Below, in pieces: positions 8,961-20,783 of a stretch of 64,000 nt of DNA. The notes under the pieces were generated by a model. The model was not told where the DNA came from. It made no database searches and was given only the letters and a program-made list of their open reading frames with translations. Within the stretch, counting starts at the first letter, position 1; each line of letters opens with the position of its first letter. The DNA is from Escherichia coli (lineage in GTDB: Bacteria; Pseudomonadota; Gammaproteobacteria; Enterobacterales; Enterobacteriaceae): assembly GCF_030013595.1 (NCBI RefSeq), contig NZ_CP122769.1; one strand, given 5' to 3'. A program made the position numbers and the translations under genes.

Positions 8961-10193
8961 ATGACTTATGCATCCCCGGCTCTTCGTCGTAATCCACAGG
9001 AAGTATCTGAACACTTTATTAAACTCGTTCATGCTCGAATTGCTGAAGTGTCTGGCTGGAAGTATATATTCGAAAGAATACCTGCTTTCAAAGACGCTTG
9101 TGCAAAAGCCCCGAGCCAGGTTCCTTGCCCGTTTACTGGCGCAGGGAAATCGAAGTTTCGTTTCCGACAAAAAGACCTTTATACCGGATGTGCGATCCAT
9201 AATGACTTTCCGGTAAATGAGTTTTGCGACGGAATTGATGTTCTGGCGAAATATTATGAATTAAGTAAAACGCAGACTTGCAAAAAGATTCTCTCAGATT
9301 TTTTCGGGATGGATCTGCATGCTCCGTTAACTGACGCCGACATTGAAAATGAACGACGCTATAAATCAGCAGTTCGTGCCACAGAAACTCTTGACCGAGA
9401 GGAAGTGGCAAAGCGAATGCGAAAACTTGATGTGATGTATCACTATACCGGTGAAATCAAGCCTAATACTCCTGTTGCTTTGTACCTCCGTAATCGTGGG
9501 ATCTCCCGCTTACTGAGTCACTTACCAAAGGATTTAGGCTTTAATAACCGGATCTACTATTGGGATAAAGATAAGCAGAAATCGATTATCTATCCGGGAA
9601 TGATTGCGATCTATCGTGACACCCGAGGTCGGCCTCTGACTATTCATAGAACATACGTAGACAAAAATGGTGATAAGGCACCTGTAGAAAATCCAAAGCT
9701 GATGATGAAGCCTCCTGCCGATATGACAGGTGGCTCAATTCAGTTGTTTGACCCTCACTATGATTCAGGTAGTTCGACCTGGACACTGGGAGTGGCTGAA
9801 GGGATCGAGAACGCGCTTTCTGTTGTAGAAGCGACTTCAACACCATGCTGGGCAGCCAGCTCCGCATGGTGCCTTGAAAACGTTACTGTTCCTGATTTTT
9901 TACTGCCTCCGCCGGATGTAAAATCTATAAACTTTTATATCTGGGCGGATAAGGATATTGCTAACTCACAAGGCACTCGTGCCGGTATTGAAGCTGCTCA
10001 GCGACTTCAAAGCCGCATGGTTGAGTTTTTGGCTAAACGATATCCCGCATCAAAGCTGACAATTGAAGTCTTCGAACCAGCACAAGATATTCCTGATGGG
10101 AAAAAGGGTATCGACTGGAACGATGTTCTCCAGTTAACAGGGCAGGATGGATTCCCGATTCACTGGGCTCCTGAATGTCTTAATCAGCTGTAA
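8961..10193 (+). CDS. Toprim-domain protein, putative primase-like
   Basis: Toprim-like motifs LGVAEGIENALSV (acidic E) and IWADKDIANSQG (DxD), Cys/His-rich N-terminus. Start chosen at ATG 8961 (MTYASP...); ORF extends to 8889 upstream. Confidence 0.55.
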   Translation: MTYASPALRRNPQEVSEHFIKLVHARIAEVSGWKYIFERIPAFKDACAKAPSQVPCPFTGAGKSKFRFRQKDLYTGCAIHNDFPVNEFCDGIDVLAKYYELSKTQTCKKILSDFFGMDLHAPLTDADIENERRYKSAVRATETLDREEVAKRMRKLDVMYHYTGEIKPNTPVALYLRNRGISRLLSHLPKDLGFNNRIYYWDKDKQKSIIYPGMIAIYRDTRGRPLTIHRTYVDKNGDKAPVENPKLMMKPPADMTGGSIQLFDPHYDSGSSTWTLGVAEGIENALSVVEATSTPCWAASSAWCLENVTVPDFLLPPPDVKSINFYIWADKDIANSQGTRAGIEAAQRLQSRMVEFLAKRYPASKLTIEVFEPAQDIPDGKKGIDWNDVLQLTGQDGFPIHWAPECLNQL

Positions 10194-10226
10194 CAACGAT
10201 AACTCCCCCGCTTTTTGCGGGGGGGG

Positions 10227-10270
10227 TTATCTTATCAATATTATATTTTAAAATTGTATTGATAAGATAA
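10227..10270 (+). promoter_or_regulatory. 14-bp perfect inverted repeat TTATCTTATCAATA / TATTGATAAGATAA separated by 16-bp AT-rich spacer; candidate operator
   Basis: Read directly from sequence; follows the hairpin CCCCCGCTTTTTGCGGGGG (10205-10227) inside a 270-bp ORF-free gap. Confidence 0.4.
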
Positions 10271-10463
10271 CCGCTTTCCTTCGTGATAATTACCTGCCTT
10301 TAAGGTCTTTTCACGGCTGAGATGCTTGCTCAGTTAAATAAATGTGCGGTACTACTGGCTATGGTCGGTTGTATGACATGGTTATTCCATAAACTATTAA
10401 AACCCATAACGGGAGTATTACCGTTATGGTGATGCTCGTCGTTTTACATCGGAGAGCATTTTA

Positions 10464-10985
10464 ATGAATTTTCAAATTAACGAAGTTTTTAATAAATTTG
10501 CTGCTGTTATAAAATCGCGCATCGTCAATGAACCATCGTCATGCTATTTGCTGCATGATAATGAGATAGATATAACGATTTTGAAACATAGCATATTAGA
10601 AAATGACAGAAACCTGTTGTACGTAGTTCGTCCTTCAGGAACGTGTTTGTTGCGTTGTGACAAATATTTCTATCCGAAATATTATCTTCGTTGCCGTGGA
10701 GATTATAAGTCATTCATATATGTCCATCTTGATCTACATAGTGGTGAAGCTAAAGAAATCACATGGGAGCAAGCAGACGATATGCTGTCTAGTCCAGGAA
10801 AACCCCCATTAAAAGGGAATCTTGGACGATTTGAGTATATAAAAGTTGTGGTTGAGGACCTTCGTATTCGAGGTTACGCTGATTATCTTCCTGCGTATAA
10901 TCTTGATGACCTTCGCCGTTTTGCCTTACAGGACGACCGCCCATCCCTTGTCAGATACATTGACAATGTCATGGCAACGGTCTGA
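10464..10985 (+). CDS. hypothetical protein
   Basis: 173-aa ORF with RBS GGAGAG upstream; no recognisable motifs. Confidence 0.45.
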   Translation: MNFQINEVFNKFAAVIKSRIVNEPSSCYLLHDNEIDITILKHSILENDRNLLYVVRPSGTCLLRCDKYFYPKYYLRCRGDYKSFIYVHLDLHSGEAKEITWEQADDMLSSPGKPPLKGNLGRFEYIKVVVEDLRIRGYADYLPAYNLDDLRRFALQDDRPSLVRYIDNVMATV

Positions 10986-11063
10986 TTGATTGCTAATTGA
11001 TTTACATATTTTCCCTGATGGCCAACCTGCATCAGGGAGGCCTCAATAACGAATGGAGGCTGT

Positions 11064-11942
11064 ATGAAGTTAGCTACGGACCTGGTAAAAGCTATTTTGA
11101 TTAGAAATGGCGTTGAACCAGTAAATATAAGCGAATCATCTAAGTTATCTTTGAAACAACCACTGACAGAACTTAAATTCAGTTTATATTTGCGAACTGA
11201 GCATTTATCTCACTTCCTACCCGGTTATGTTTATTCTATAAAAGAATGTCCACTGTCATATGACATCGGGATCGAAATTCAGAAAATCTTCGAAAGTTTA
11301 CATTTGTTAAACGAAGAATTTGAATCCCTCGGTTTTGTTTCTGTATGGATAGAAATGCATCAAAGCATTTTTGAACAAAGTCGGTTTAAGAAAAGTAACT
11401 TTACTTTTCGGGAGGAAGAGGTCGAGCTTGCTAAAGGGCTTGTTTGTTCTCACAATTCACAAATAAGTAATGCGGCTTATTTCTGGCTTCAGCACTTTGA
11501 GGAGTTTATGATTTATGTTCGTAATAAGCTTATCGACCTCTTTCGAGAGGCCTATGACCTGATCCTTGGAATGCAGCAAGTATTTTTCATTCGGGAAAAG
11601 GAAGAGCTGTTGAAAACTATAAGTTATGGCGATGAGCTGTATGAGGTGAAATTCATGGCGGCTGAGCTTTACTCTATCGAACAGAACTTAAAGTGTTCTG
11701 AATCGATAAGTACAAAATCTCAAGCTTCGGCATATATTAACCGCATCCGTGAGTTTGTGCGTTCGGGGTGGAGGCAGGGCTATATAGTCTGCCATCATAA
11801 GCGAAGTAATCAAATTTCATCATTGTCATTACCGATGTACTTGAAAGATACGTCAGGCCGAAGTGCTCGAAAGCGAGTAAAACGTCTTATATCTTCTACA
11901 GTTTGTGGTAGAAATAAAGATTTAGGTCTTACAGATTTTTAA
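11064..11942 (+). CDS. hypothetical protein
   Basis: 292-aa ORF with RBS GGAGG upstream, preceded by stem-loop CCCTGATG...CATCAGGG; no recognisable motifs. Confidence 0.45.
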   Translation: MKLATDLVKAILIRNGVEPVNISESSKLSLKQPLTELKFSLYLRTEHLSHFLPGYVYSIKECPLSYDIGIEIQKIFESLHLLNEEFESLGFVSVWIEMHQSIFEQSRFKKSNFTFREEEVELAKGLVCSHNSQISNAAYFWLQHFEEFMIYVRNKLIDLFREAYDLILGMQQVFFIREKEELLKTISYGDELYEVKFMAAELYSIEQNLKCSESISTKSQASAYINRIREFVRSGWRQGYIVCHHKRSNQISSLSLPMYLKDTSGRSARKRVKRLISSTVCGRNKDLGLTDF

Positions 11943-11960
11943 TTAAATTATACCCATGTG

Positions 11961-11996
11961 GGGATCACACCCCATATGGGAGTGATCCCTTTTTTT
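11961..11996 (+). terminator. stem-loop GGGATCAC...GTGATCCC with nested palindrome CCCATATGGG, followed by T7
   Basis: Inverted repeats and T-run read from sequence, between stop at 11942 and ATG at 12013. Confidence 0.5.
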
Positions 11997-12012
11997 ATTG
12001 AGAGAGGATCAC

Positions 12013-12948
12013 ATGAAAATTATCGAAAAAATCATTAATGCCTTTTTGGTTGTTCAACATAAAAAAATACAGGTTAAAAACATTACATTTTTAGACAATG
12101 GGCAGGGCATGTTCTCTGGTATGTCTTTTGATGCTGATGTTTCACTGGAGTTTATGTATGAATCAGCAAAAGCATATAGTTCTTGTTTCTTTGATATTCC
12201 CTTTCCAGGTTTTGAAGATGCAAATCTGGAGGAAATTACGAAATTTCAATTAGATGCTTTGAAGCAAAGAAAGAATCATTCTTTCTTTGTTAACCATTTG
12301 AGGTTTCCTATAGTTTTAAGGGAAGGGTGCAAAATCGAAAGAGGAGAAGTCTATTCAATTTCGAATTGCACTTATAATAAAGAAAGATTGCAGTATCTTT
12401 TTTCTCAGGATATTTACGGTAAGTTGTATAATTCCTTAGAGAAAGAATTAAGCTCGTTTTTCTCATTTATCAATGTTGAGGTGCACGAGTTGTTAAAAGA
12501 TGCTGTATGCTTTGCATTAAAAATCCTGAATAAGATATCTTTGGATACACCTGAAAGACTTATTAAAGCTTTTAATTATCGTGACTGGTATTGTAGTTAC
12601 GATGTTGAGCTTTTTAGGAAAGGCTTACCTGGTCATATTCTGGAAGAGCTCATTGCTCCAGATATCTTACTTTCAGACCTTAACGGTTGTAGAAAAATAC
12701 TTAGAAATGCAAAACGATTTCTAAATGGACATACACAAACCAATTGTGTTTATATTAAATATGAATGGTGGTTGGGGCCTGTTGATACCTCACACTCAGC
12801 TAAGTTGATGTCTGACAAAGAAATTAATAACCGAAGTGACTTGAAGAATTTTTCAAAGGTCTTTTTCAAAGAGTGTTTAAGTTCTGGTAAGTCGGAATAT
12901 GAAAACCATCTTAGTGAAAAAGAACATGCGCTTCGCTATAATTATTAA
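12013..12948 (+). CDS. hypothetical protein (~312 aa), first of a tandem array of similarly sized genes
   Basis: ATG at 12013 preceded by RBS GAGAGAGGA (the listed ORF starts at an upstream TTG). No recognisable motifs. Confidence 0.45.
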   Translation: MKIIEKIINAFLVVQHKKIQVKNITFLDNGQGMFSGMSFDADVSLEFMYESAKAYSSCFFDIPFPGFEDANLEEITKFQLDALKQRKNHSFFVNHLRFPIVLREGCKIERGEVYSISNCTYNKERLQYLFSQDIYGKLYNSLEKELSSFFSFINVEVHELLKDAVCFALKILNKISLDTPERLIKAFNYRDWYCSYDVELFRKGLPGHILEELIAPDILLSDLNGCRKILRNAKRFLNGHTQTNCVYIKYEWWLGPVDTSHSAKLMSDKEINNRSDLKNFSKVFFKECLSSGKSEYENHLSEKEHALRYNY

Positions 12949-13016
12949 TTAAAATTATTTTCTCCCATAGGGATTTCTCCCTATGGGAGAAATCCCTCTA
13001 TTAAGAGGGTATTGAA

Positions 13017-13688
13017 ATGAATGCTATACAAAAGTTAGTTGAATCTATTCTTGTTAAAATGGGTTTTGTTGGCGCTGTAGTGGAAAATATATATTTGGAT
13101 TCAAAACCATTTCGGCATATTCGATTTGTGGCTGATATTCCAGTAATATCTTTTCTACCTCATTTGGTGAAATATCTTAAGGGTGCAGACCATCTTTACA
13201 GTGGTAACGATGATTTGCATCCTCTTTTCATTTATTTTTCCGAAGCGGCTACATTAAAAGCAGGTCCTGTAAATCTCGCGAACTTTCGTTTTGAAGTTTC
13301 TATAGCTTCAACTCATTTACGACTGGTCTCAGAGCAGCCTGATTTGCTTTTCAAAGGATTTAACCGGGATAATCTAGAATACGTTTATTACCGCTCAGAT
13401 TTGGCCTCTAGGGATCTTATACTAGGCCTTGTTGAACACGGTTCTCCTTTCATAAAACATCTACATGGACTTATACAAAAGCGAATTTTAAACGAGTTCT
13501 CTCTGATTTTTTCTGTTCTTGAAAAGATTTTAGAAAGCGCGAAGCCACAAATTCTTGCTTGCTTCCATAGTGTTGATTATGAAATGAACGTAAAAATAAT
13601 AGCCGAAGCTATACCTGAAACTGTATCTAATCAGATAGTCACATCTGATTATATAGTTAATGTTAGCGCCAATGATATAAGACTGTAA
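13017..13688 (+). pseudogene. 5' part of a gene interrupted by the IS21-family element
   Basis: Stop codon TAA (13686-13688) lies inside the first bases of the IS end TGTAATTCGCC; the reading frame resumes in the same frame after the element (15787 onward). Confidence 0.5.
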
Positions 13689-13761
13689 TTCGCCATTTGG
13701 GTTGTCCGCTCCACCCAACATGTTGTTTCCTTGAGGTTCTCACACCAGAAAGGACATCGAC

Positions 13762-15731
<1,970 letters not shown>

Positions 15732-15786
15732 TCAAATAGCGGACATTAAAAATGGCGAAAACCGGCCATAAATCTTGGCGTTGACA

Positions 15787-16067
15787 TTAATTCTATATCA
15801 GATGCGGACAAGTTTATAAATCATGTTCGTCGCTATTTAGCAGGCAGGGTAATGAAGAGGCGGATATACGCTGAATTAGATGTTTGTGAAGAAACATCAA
15901 GTATTTCACTAGTGAACTTAGGATGCTTTACGTCTCCTCTGCTCGTTACGGAATATCAAATGTTTAAGCCACACTCTTCAGGGTTATATCGAAAAGCTAT
16001 AAACAACTCCTTAAAACAGTTCAAACCAGAAATGCATGTACCTTCTGAAGAACTCTTTTATAATTAA
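15787..16067 (+). pseudogene. 3' part of the gene interrupted by the IS21-family element
   Basis: Frame is open from the IS end to stop at 16067 and is the same frame (mod 3) as the 5' part; combined length about 316 aa, matching neighbouring genes. Confidence 0.45.
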
Positions 16068-16078
16068 TCTAACCCATC

Positions 16079-16115
16079 CGGGAACCTGCTTCCCGGTGGG
16101 AAGCACTTCCTTTTT
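16079..16115 (+). terminator. stem-loop cassette CCGGGAACCTGCTTCCCGG / GGGAAGCACTTCC followed by T5
   Basis: Inverted repeats and T-run between stop at 16067 and RBS/ATG at 16134. Confidence 0.5.
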
Positions 16116-16133
16116 AGTCATGAGGTAGTGTAA

Positions 16134-17072
16134 ATGTTTAAAGAATCTGACCACGTGGAATTTGTTAGTGCCTTTCTTTATCAAAATTTAGGCCTTAATG
16201 TTTCCGCTGACGATATAACCGTTCAATTATCTGATACTTCGTTCGACAAAGTAACCTTTGATTACGATGTAGATATCGATAATTTAAATTGTATGTTGGA
16301 TCTCTACATATCTGAGCTAATAAAGCACAACGCATCTTACTCCGATTCTATTCTTTTGAAACAAAAAATAATTTATTTTCTTGGAGTATTTAAGAATTTC
16401 GGATTTTTTACGTTTGATATTCGCGGATATAGTAATACTTTAAGCCCAGTTAAAGTTATTGATATTGTTTCAATGATTATTAATGACTGTGAAGAGTTAT
16501 CTAAAGCTAATTCTTCTACTGATGCTATAAGAAATCTTTATCTCGATAAAATGAAGGTGGATGGGAAAGTGTTAGTTGCGAAATTTGCACTTAAACAGTT
16601 TTTTCATTCCGACTTTGGTGACTTTATCTCATTTGTCGAGAAAAGAATTACAGATTGTCTTAATGAAACTTTAAGGATTATCAAAGCTGTTGAACATGGC
16701 TTTGTACGTGTAGGGCAGCATAAGATTAATCGCCGTATTAATGATGACTTAAAGTTATGCATTGATTTCAATACTGATGATTATCCGGCAAATATGCCAG
16801 ATATATATATTAAGTTTAACGATACATTTGATGGGAACGGGGCGTTATATTGTGACAATGATGCCCTCATATCCCTCTATACCGATGTTGCTTCAATTAT
16901 CAATGTGCCGGTGATGATGGAAGTAAGATTGATCAATAAAAGAGGGCGTGTTGTCTGTGATTCTTCGCATTCAACTTACGTATCTCTCGAAAGTAATGAC
17001 CGATACAGAGTAACTGATCGCACATTACTAATAACTGAAGCTTTTGACGATTTTCGTAACGCGTCTCAATGA
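16134..17072 (+). CDS. hypothetical protein, paralogue A of tandem pair
   Basis: 312-aa ORF with RBS GAGGTAGTG. Shares colinear blocks with next gene (KVLVAKFALKQFFHSDFGDFISFVEKRIT vs QVMIARFALQQFWDTHFIGLITFVSESIT; EAFDDFRN vs EVFDNLRN). Confidence 0.5.
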   Translation: MFKESDHVEFVSAFLYQNLGLNVSADDITVQLSDTSFDKVTFDYDVDIDNLNCMLDLYISELIKHNASYSDSILLKQKIIYFLGVFKNFGFFTFDIRGYSNTLSPVKVIDIVSMIINDCEELSKANSSTDAIRNLYLDKMKVDGKVLVAKFALKQFFHSDFGDFISFVEKRITDCLNETLRIIKAVEHGFVRVGQHKINRRINDDLKLCIDFNTDDYPANMPDIYIKFNDTFDGNGALYCDNDALISLYTDVASIINVPVMMEVRLINKRGRVVCDSSHSTYVSLESNDRYRVTDRTLLITEAFDDFRNASQ

Positions 17073-17237
17073 TCCTTTTGCTTCAGTCCAAAAAAGTAAC
17101 TTTGGTTGGCTGAAGACACTTGTCTATGACAATGTAAAATCTGTCGCTGGCATCTTCTTTTAGCTTAACCAAATTTTTATCTAACCCAGTGGGGAAGTCG
17201 CTTCCCTTCTGGGGCACTTCCTCTCAAATTCGAGGTA

Positions 17238-18200
17238 GTGTATATGACACATTCATCTGATGATAAAAACTATGTCCGAGCAGTTCTGAGTTATCTTGGC
17301 ATAGATTTTGATGAGGCGGATATAGTATTAAGTGTTTGCCATTGTCAAAGTGACGAGCTTTCTTTTACCTGTAATATCAAAGCTATTGAACTCAAGAATG
17401 CTGTTGATTTATATGTCGATAGTATCTCTGAGAATGAAATAGAAGCTTTAAACAGAGAATCTTTAAAATCGCGACTCTGTTACTTTCTTGAGGTGTTTGA
17501 CGCAGTCTCTGGTCAGTACCTTGAAATTTCAGGAAAACACTTTGCAACTAGTCGTTTTGAATATGATGATGTTTGTAGTGAAGTTCTTAGCATGTCTAAT
17601 GATGTTTCTCAGTCGAAAGGTTATGACCGGGATGAATATAACAGACTGATGCAGGTTGATGGTCAGGTTATGATTGCCCGTTTTGCTTTGCAACAGTTCT
17701 GGGATACTCATTTTATTGGACTAATAACATTTGTATCTGAGTCTATAACATCGAGCCTCTATAAAGCTTATGAAACTTTTAGTGATATTAGTTTGGCTTG
17801 CTATAAACTGAGTGAATATTCTTATTCACGCTCTATCAACAGTGAATTGACCCTTAATATTTCACTTAAAGAAAATGACTTCTGTGAGGACCTATCTGAT
17901 TGCTATATGGAAGATGAGGCTTTACCTTCTGGTAGGGTAATTTCTCGACGCAACAATGACTCCATAATAAGTATTTATGAGAGCTATGCTGCGGCTTCTT
18001 ATATTCCGATGATTGCATCTTTGGAAGTCGTTGATGAATACGGCGAAGTGGTTACTGACCTCTGCCATACCGTTTATGTTTCAGAGTTAACCGGTGGGCG
18101 GATTAAAATCCACGACCGTAATGACTTAGTATCTGAAGTTTTCGATAACCTAAGAAATTTAAATCTTGCAGTTGGAGATTCAGTTTCACAAGCTGCTTGA
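17238..18200 (+). CDS. hypothetical protein, paralogue B of tandem pair
   Basis: 320-aa ORF with identical RBS context (GAGGTAGTGTATATG); colinear similarity to 16134-17072 product. Confidence 0.5.
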   Translation: MYMTHSSDDKNYVRAVLSYLGIDFDEADIVLSVCHCQSDELSFTCNIKAIELKNAVDLYVDSISENEIEALNRESLKSRLCYFLEVFDAVSGQYLEISGKHFATSRFEYDDVCSEVLSMSNDVSQSKGYDRDEYNRLMQVDGQVMIARFALQQFWDTHFIGLITFVSESITSSLYKAYETFSDISLACYKLSEYSYSRSINSELTLNISLKENDFCEDLSDCYMEDEALPSGRVISRRNNDSIISIYESYAAASYIPMIASLEVVDEYGEVVTDLCHTVYVSELTGGRIKIHDRNDLVSEVFDNLRNLNLAVGDSVSQAA

Positions 18201-18239
18201 TTCTTTCCCTGATTTTGATTTTTTCTCACATACTCTTAT

Positions 18240-18263
18240 GGCACGGTTTCCGTGCCTTTTTTT
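18240..18263 (+). terminator. Rho-independent terminator GGCACGGTTTCCGTGCC + T7
   Basis: Perfect 7-bp stem with 3-nt loop followed by TTTTTTT, 40 bp after stop at 18200. Confidence 0.6.
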
Positions 18264-18462
18264 GCCTCGCTTACAAGCGTCTACTCCTCTTCTACCTATC
18301 CCACCTTACATCACCACTTAAAATCTATCTTTCTAATTCCATTATCCTTTTCGTAGCCTCTAATGCTCTGGTATGAACATACTCTTTAAACTCAAAAAAG
18401 TGCTATTAACGAAAAAAAATCCCTAAAGAGATTTGTATACTGTTCTCAACCAAGGAGAGCTC

Positions 18463-18738
18463 ATGAATGAACTAAAATCCAAAAACGAGAACAGTACCAA
18501 AAGCAACTTTCCCCCGGTTGATAATCAGTTTTGCTTTTACCATGTTGATTTCAGCATAGAACGACTACTTTCTACGGCCGAGGATCTCCAGCTTGAGTAC
18601 ATCTTCCAGAAACCTGGAAGTGAAGTAAGAAAGGATTTGGTTGAGCGATTTGAACGTGGAGAGCGCTTTGTTACAGCTTCACACTGTGACAATTTCTGTG
18701 AAATCCTTGGTTGTCAAGGCCATCAGGAAAATGCATAA
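18463..18738 (+). CDS. hypothetical small protein
   Basis: ATG at 18463 preceded by RBS AAGGAG (listed ORF starts at upstream TTG). No recognisable motifs. Confidence 0.35.
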   Translation: MNELKSKNENSTKSNFPPVDNQFCFYHVDFSIERLLSTAEDLQLEYIFQKPGSEVRKDLVERFERGERFVTASHCDNFCEILGCQGHQENA

Positions 18739-18782
18739 ACCCATAAACCTACATTTCCACTTTTAAGGATGTTCACTAAAGA

Positions 18783-19373
18783 ATGATTGGAGAAAGTATT
18801 TTTGACTGGGTAATTTACGGAATATCCATTTTGATATTTGCCTCAGCACTAATTGAAGGAAAGACAACTCGCTACCCAGCACTTTTTTTCTATGGGAGTT
18901 TAATTTTAATGTTAATCCTGATAGTTGCTGGAGGCCTTAACTGGTGGTTCTACAGGTCAAAATATGGCGCAGTAATCGTTATCTTCACAGTGGTTTCTTT
19001 ACTGATGACTCGATTCCGCCTGGTCATATATAAATTAAGATTAAGAAAGTTAGTTTCAGAGATCAGATTTCGTATAAAAACGGGTTTTCGTATAATTCTT
19101 GTTTTGTCGGATAATGAGGATGAGCGTAATGTTCTGCTGTCTATGCTTAGCAACGTATTGCCAGAGCAAACGCTTATTCACACGCGTGATGCTCTCGGAC
19201 CTCATTCAGGGCCTATCCTAAAAGCTCTTGAGCTACATCATCAACAGGGAACAGGTTACATACTCGTCTGTGAACAACAAATCTCAGCGCGTACGTGGTT
19301 GAGTATCGTAGAAAATGGGAAACCTGATACATCTATAGCTGTTAATTTTCATTCGATCCCAGAAATGGAGTGA
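18783..19373 (+). CDS. hypothetical membrane protein
   Basis: 196-aa ORF with three predicted hydrophobic segments in the N-terminal 75 aa. Confidence 0.45.
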   Translation: MIGESIFDWVIYGISILIFASALIEGKTTRYPALFFYGSLILMLILIVAGGLNWWFYRSKYGAVIVIFTVVSLLMTRFRLVIYKLRLRKLVSEIRFRIKTGFRIILVLSDNEDERNVLLSMLSNVLPEQTLIHTRDALGPHSGPILKALELHHQQGTGYILVCEQQISARTWLSIVENGKPDTSIAVNFHSIPEME

Positions 19374-19380
19374 TTTTTCA

Positions 19381-19638
19381 ATGAGTAGAACCGTTTCACA
19401 AAGTGTCACAGAAGATTGTCTTTTTGATACCCGCACACAAGTCAGATTACAACTAAGTCGAAGCGTTCATAAAACGCTGGCATCTGCTAAAGAAATTTTA
19501 CAGGGAAGGGGGGTTGATTCGGTCTCTATTGAAGATCTTGTGCGAGCCTGTCTTGAAGAGAACCAGCCAATTGATCTCGCCTCACTTTACCTTGAAAATC
19601 TCTTAAAACAGAAAGGTACCAGCATTTGCGATTTTTAG
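19381..19638 (+). CDS. hypothetical small protein
   Basis: 85-aa ORF starting 8 bp after previous stop; no recognisable motifs. Confidence 0.35.
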   Translation: MSRTVSQSVTEDCLFDTRTQVRLQLSRSVHKTLASAKEILQGRGVDSVSIEDLVRACLEENQPIDLASLYLENLLKQKGTSICDF

Positions 19639-19711
19639 TGTTTTCAAACCTATTAGATAAAATGCCGGTTGTGTTTATATAACATCAATAATTTCATGCA
19701 ACAGGTAAAAC

Positions 19712-20248
19712 ATGAGTACTCAAAAGCAACTTTCCAGAACAACCGGCACTGAACGTATGTTTAAGGAAGAGCTGGCGTTATCCTTAATTTGTTGGGTTTT
19801 CACCAGTCCATTTACCAACTGGACCGATAAAGTCTTCAGTGGTATTGAAGTTCCGTCTGAAGGACCGTCAACATTACTGGGTGAGGCTGAAAAATTCTTT
19901 CGTTTTGTCGTTAATGAAGAAGGCTACGACGCAGGAAGGGCTGCTCTTGGTCTTGACCTATGTTGTTTTTCACTTCCGTCGTGTTTGTTCCCGGACGCTG
20001 CCCTGTCTGAGGAAGAGGTTATGAGTAAGTTAACCGGAGAAGTTATCCATGGGATTCTTCTTTCCTTACCTGAATTTATTGATATGCCAGAAGTGCTCGC
20101 TTACCAGGTCAGGGATGAAATTCTTGCTTTTAACACTCGCTGTGGAGACGGGATCTTTCATGGTTGGAACACGGCTTCAGAATTGTGGAAGTTTGAAATC
20201 TTTCCCCGCACCACCATCATGATGCAGCATACTTCGGCAATACATTAA
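19712..20248 (+). CDS. hypothetical protein
   Basis: 178-aa ORF; no recognisable motifs. Confidence 0.4.
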   Translation: MSTQKQLSRTTGTERMFKEELALSLICWVFTSPFTNWTDKVFSGIEVPSEGPSTLLGEAEKFFRFVVNEEGYDAGRAALGLDLCCFSLPSCLFPDAALSEEEVMSKLTGEVIHGILLSLPEFIDMPEVLAYQVRDEILAFNTRCGDGIFHGWNTASELWKFEIFPRTTIMMQHTSAIH

Positions 20249-20264
20249 AATTAGGCGGGGCAGA

Positions 20265-20711
20265 ATGCATAAAAAACTTTTTCTTCTCGAATGGAAACCC
20301 TGTCAGAGCCGCGTATGGGCCGGTTGGATGGCCCTGTGGTTGACTATCAGTTTTCTGATGTTATCTGCCTTGCTTATGACAGATCATCTCCTGAACAAAG
20401 TCATCCTGCCGCCAACATGGTTGTTGATCTGGTTTTCGCCAATGCTGGGGTTTTTGATAAAAGTTCGCGTCGTCGAAACTCAACATTTCCTGGAGCATGA
20501 CCTCTGTGTTGCAGGTTTCTCTTTTTACCGCTGGAAGAGGTTAGTTTCTCCCGGGCTTTGGTCAGTTGACTGTATAAATGGTCGTTTTCGCCTCAATCGG
20601 ATCACCCAGGTGGGTAAGACTATCCACTATCCATGGCGTCTCCATTATCATCCTTTGTTCATGAGCCCTATCGAACATAAATCGCATGCTGTGAAAGCTG
20701 TTTCAAAATGA
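20265..20711 (+). CDS. hypothetical membrane protein
   Basis: 148-aa ORF with hydrophobic N-terminal segments (WMALWLTISFLMLSALLM). Confidence 0.4.
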   Translation: MHKKLFLLEWKPCQSRVWAGWMALWLTISFLMLSALLMTDHLLNKVILPPTWLLIWFSPMLGFLIKVRVVETQHFLEHDLCVAGFSFYRWKRLVSPGLWSVDCINGRFRLNRITQVGKTIHYPWRLHYHPLFMSPIEHKSHAVKAVSK

Positions 20712-20783
20712 CTTCTTTAGAGGTTTACATGACATTTATGTTCTGCAAGGTCAGCCAGGGCAGCAAAATTGATTTGAAATAAC

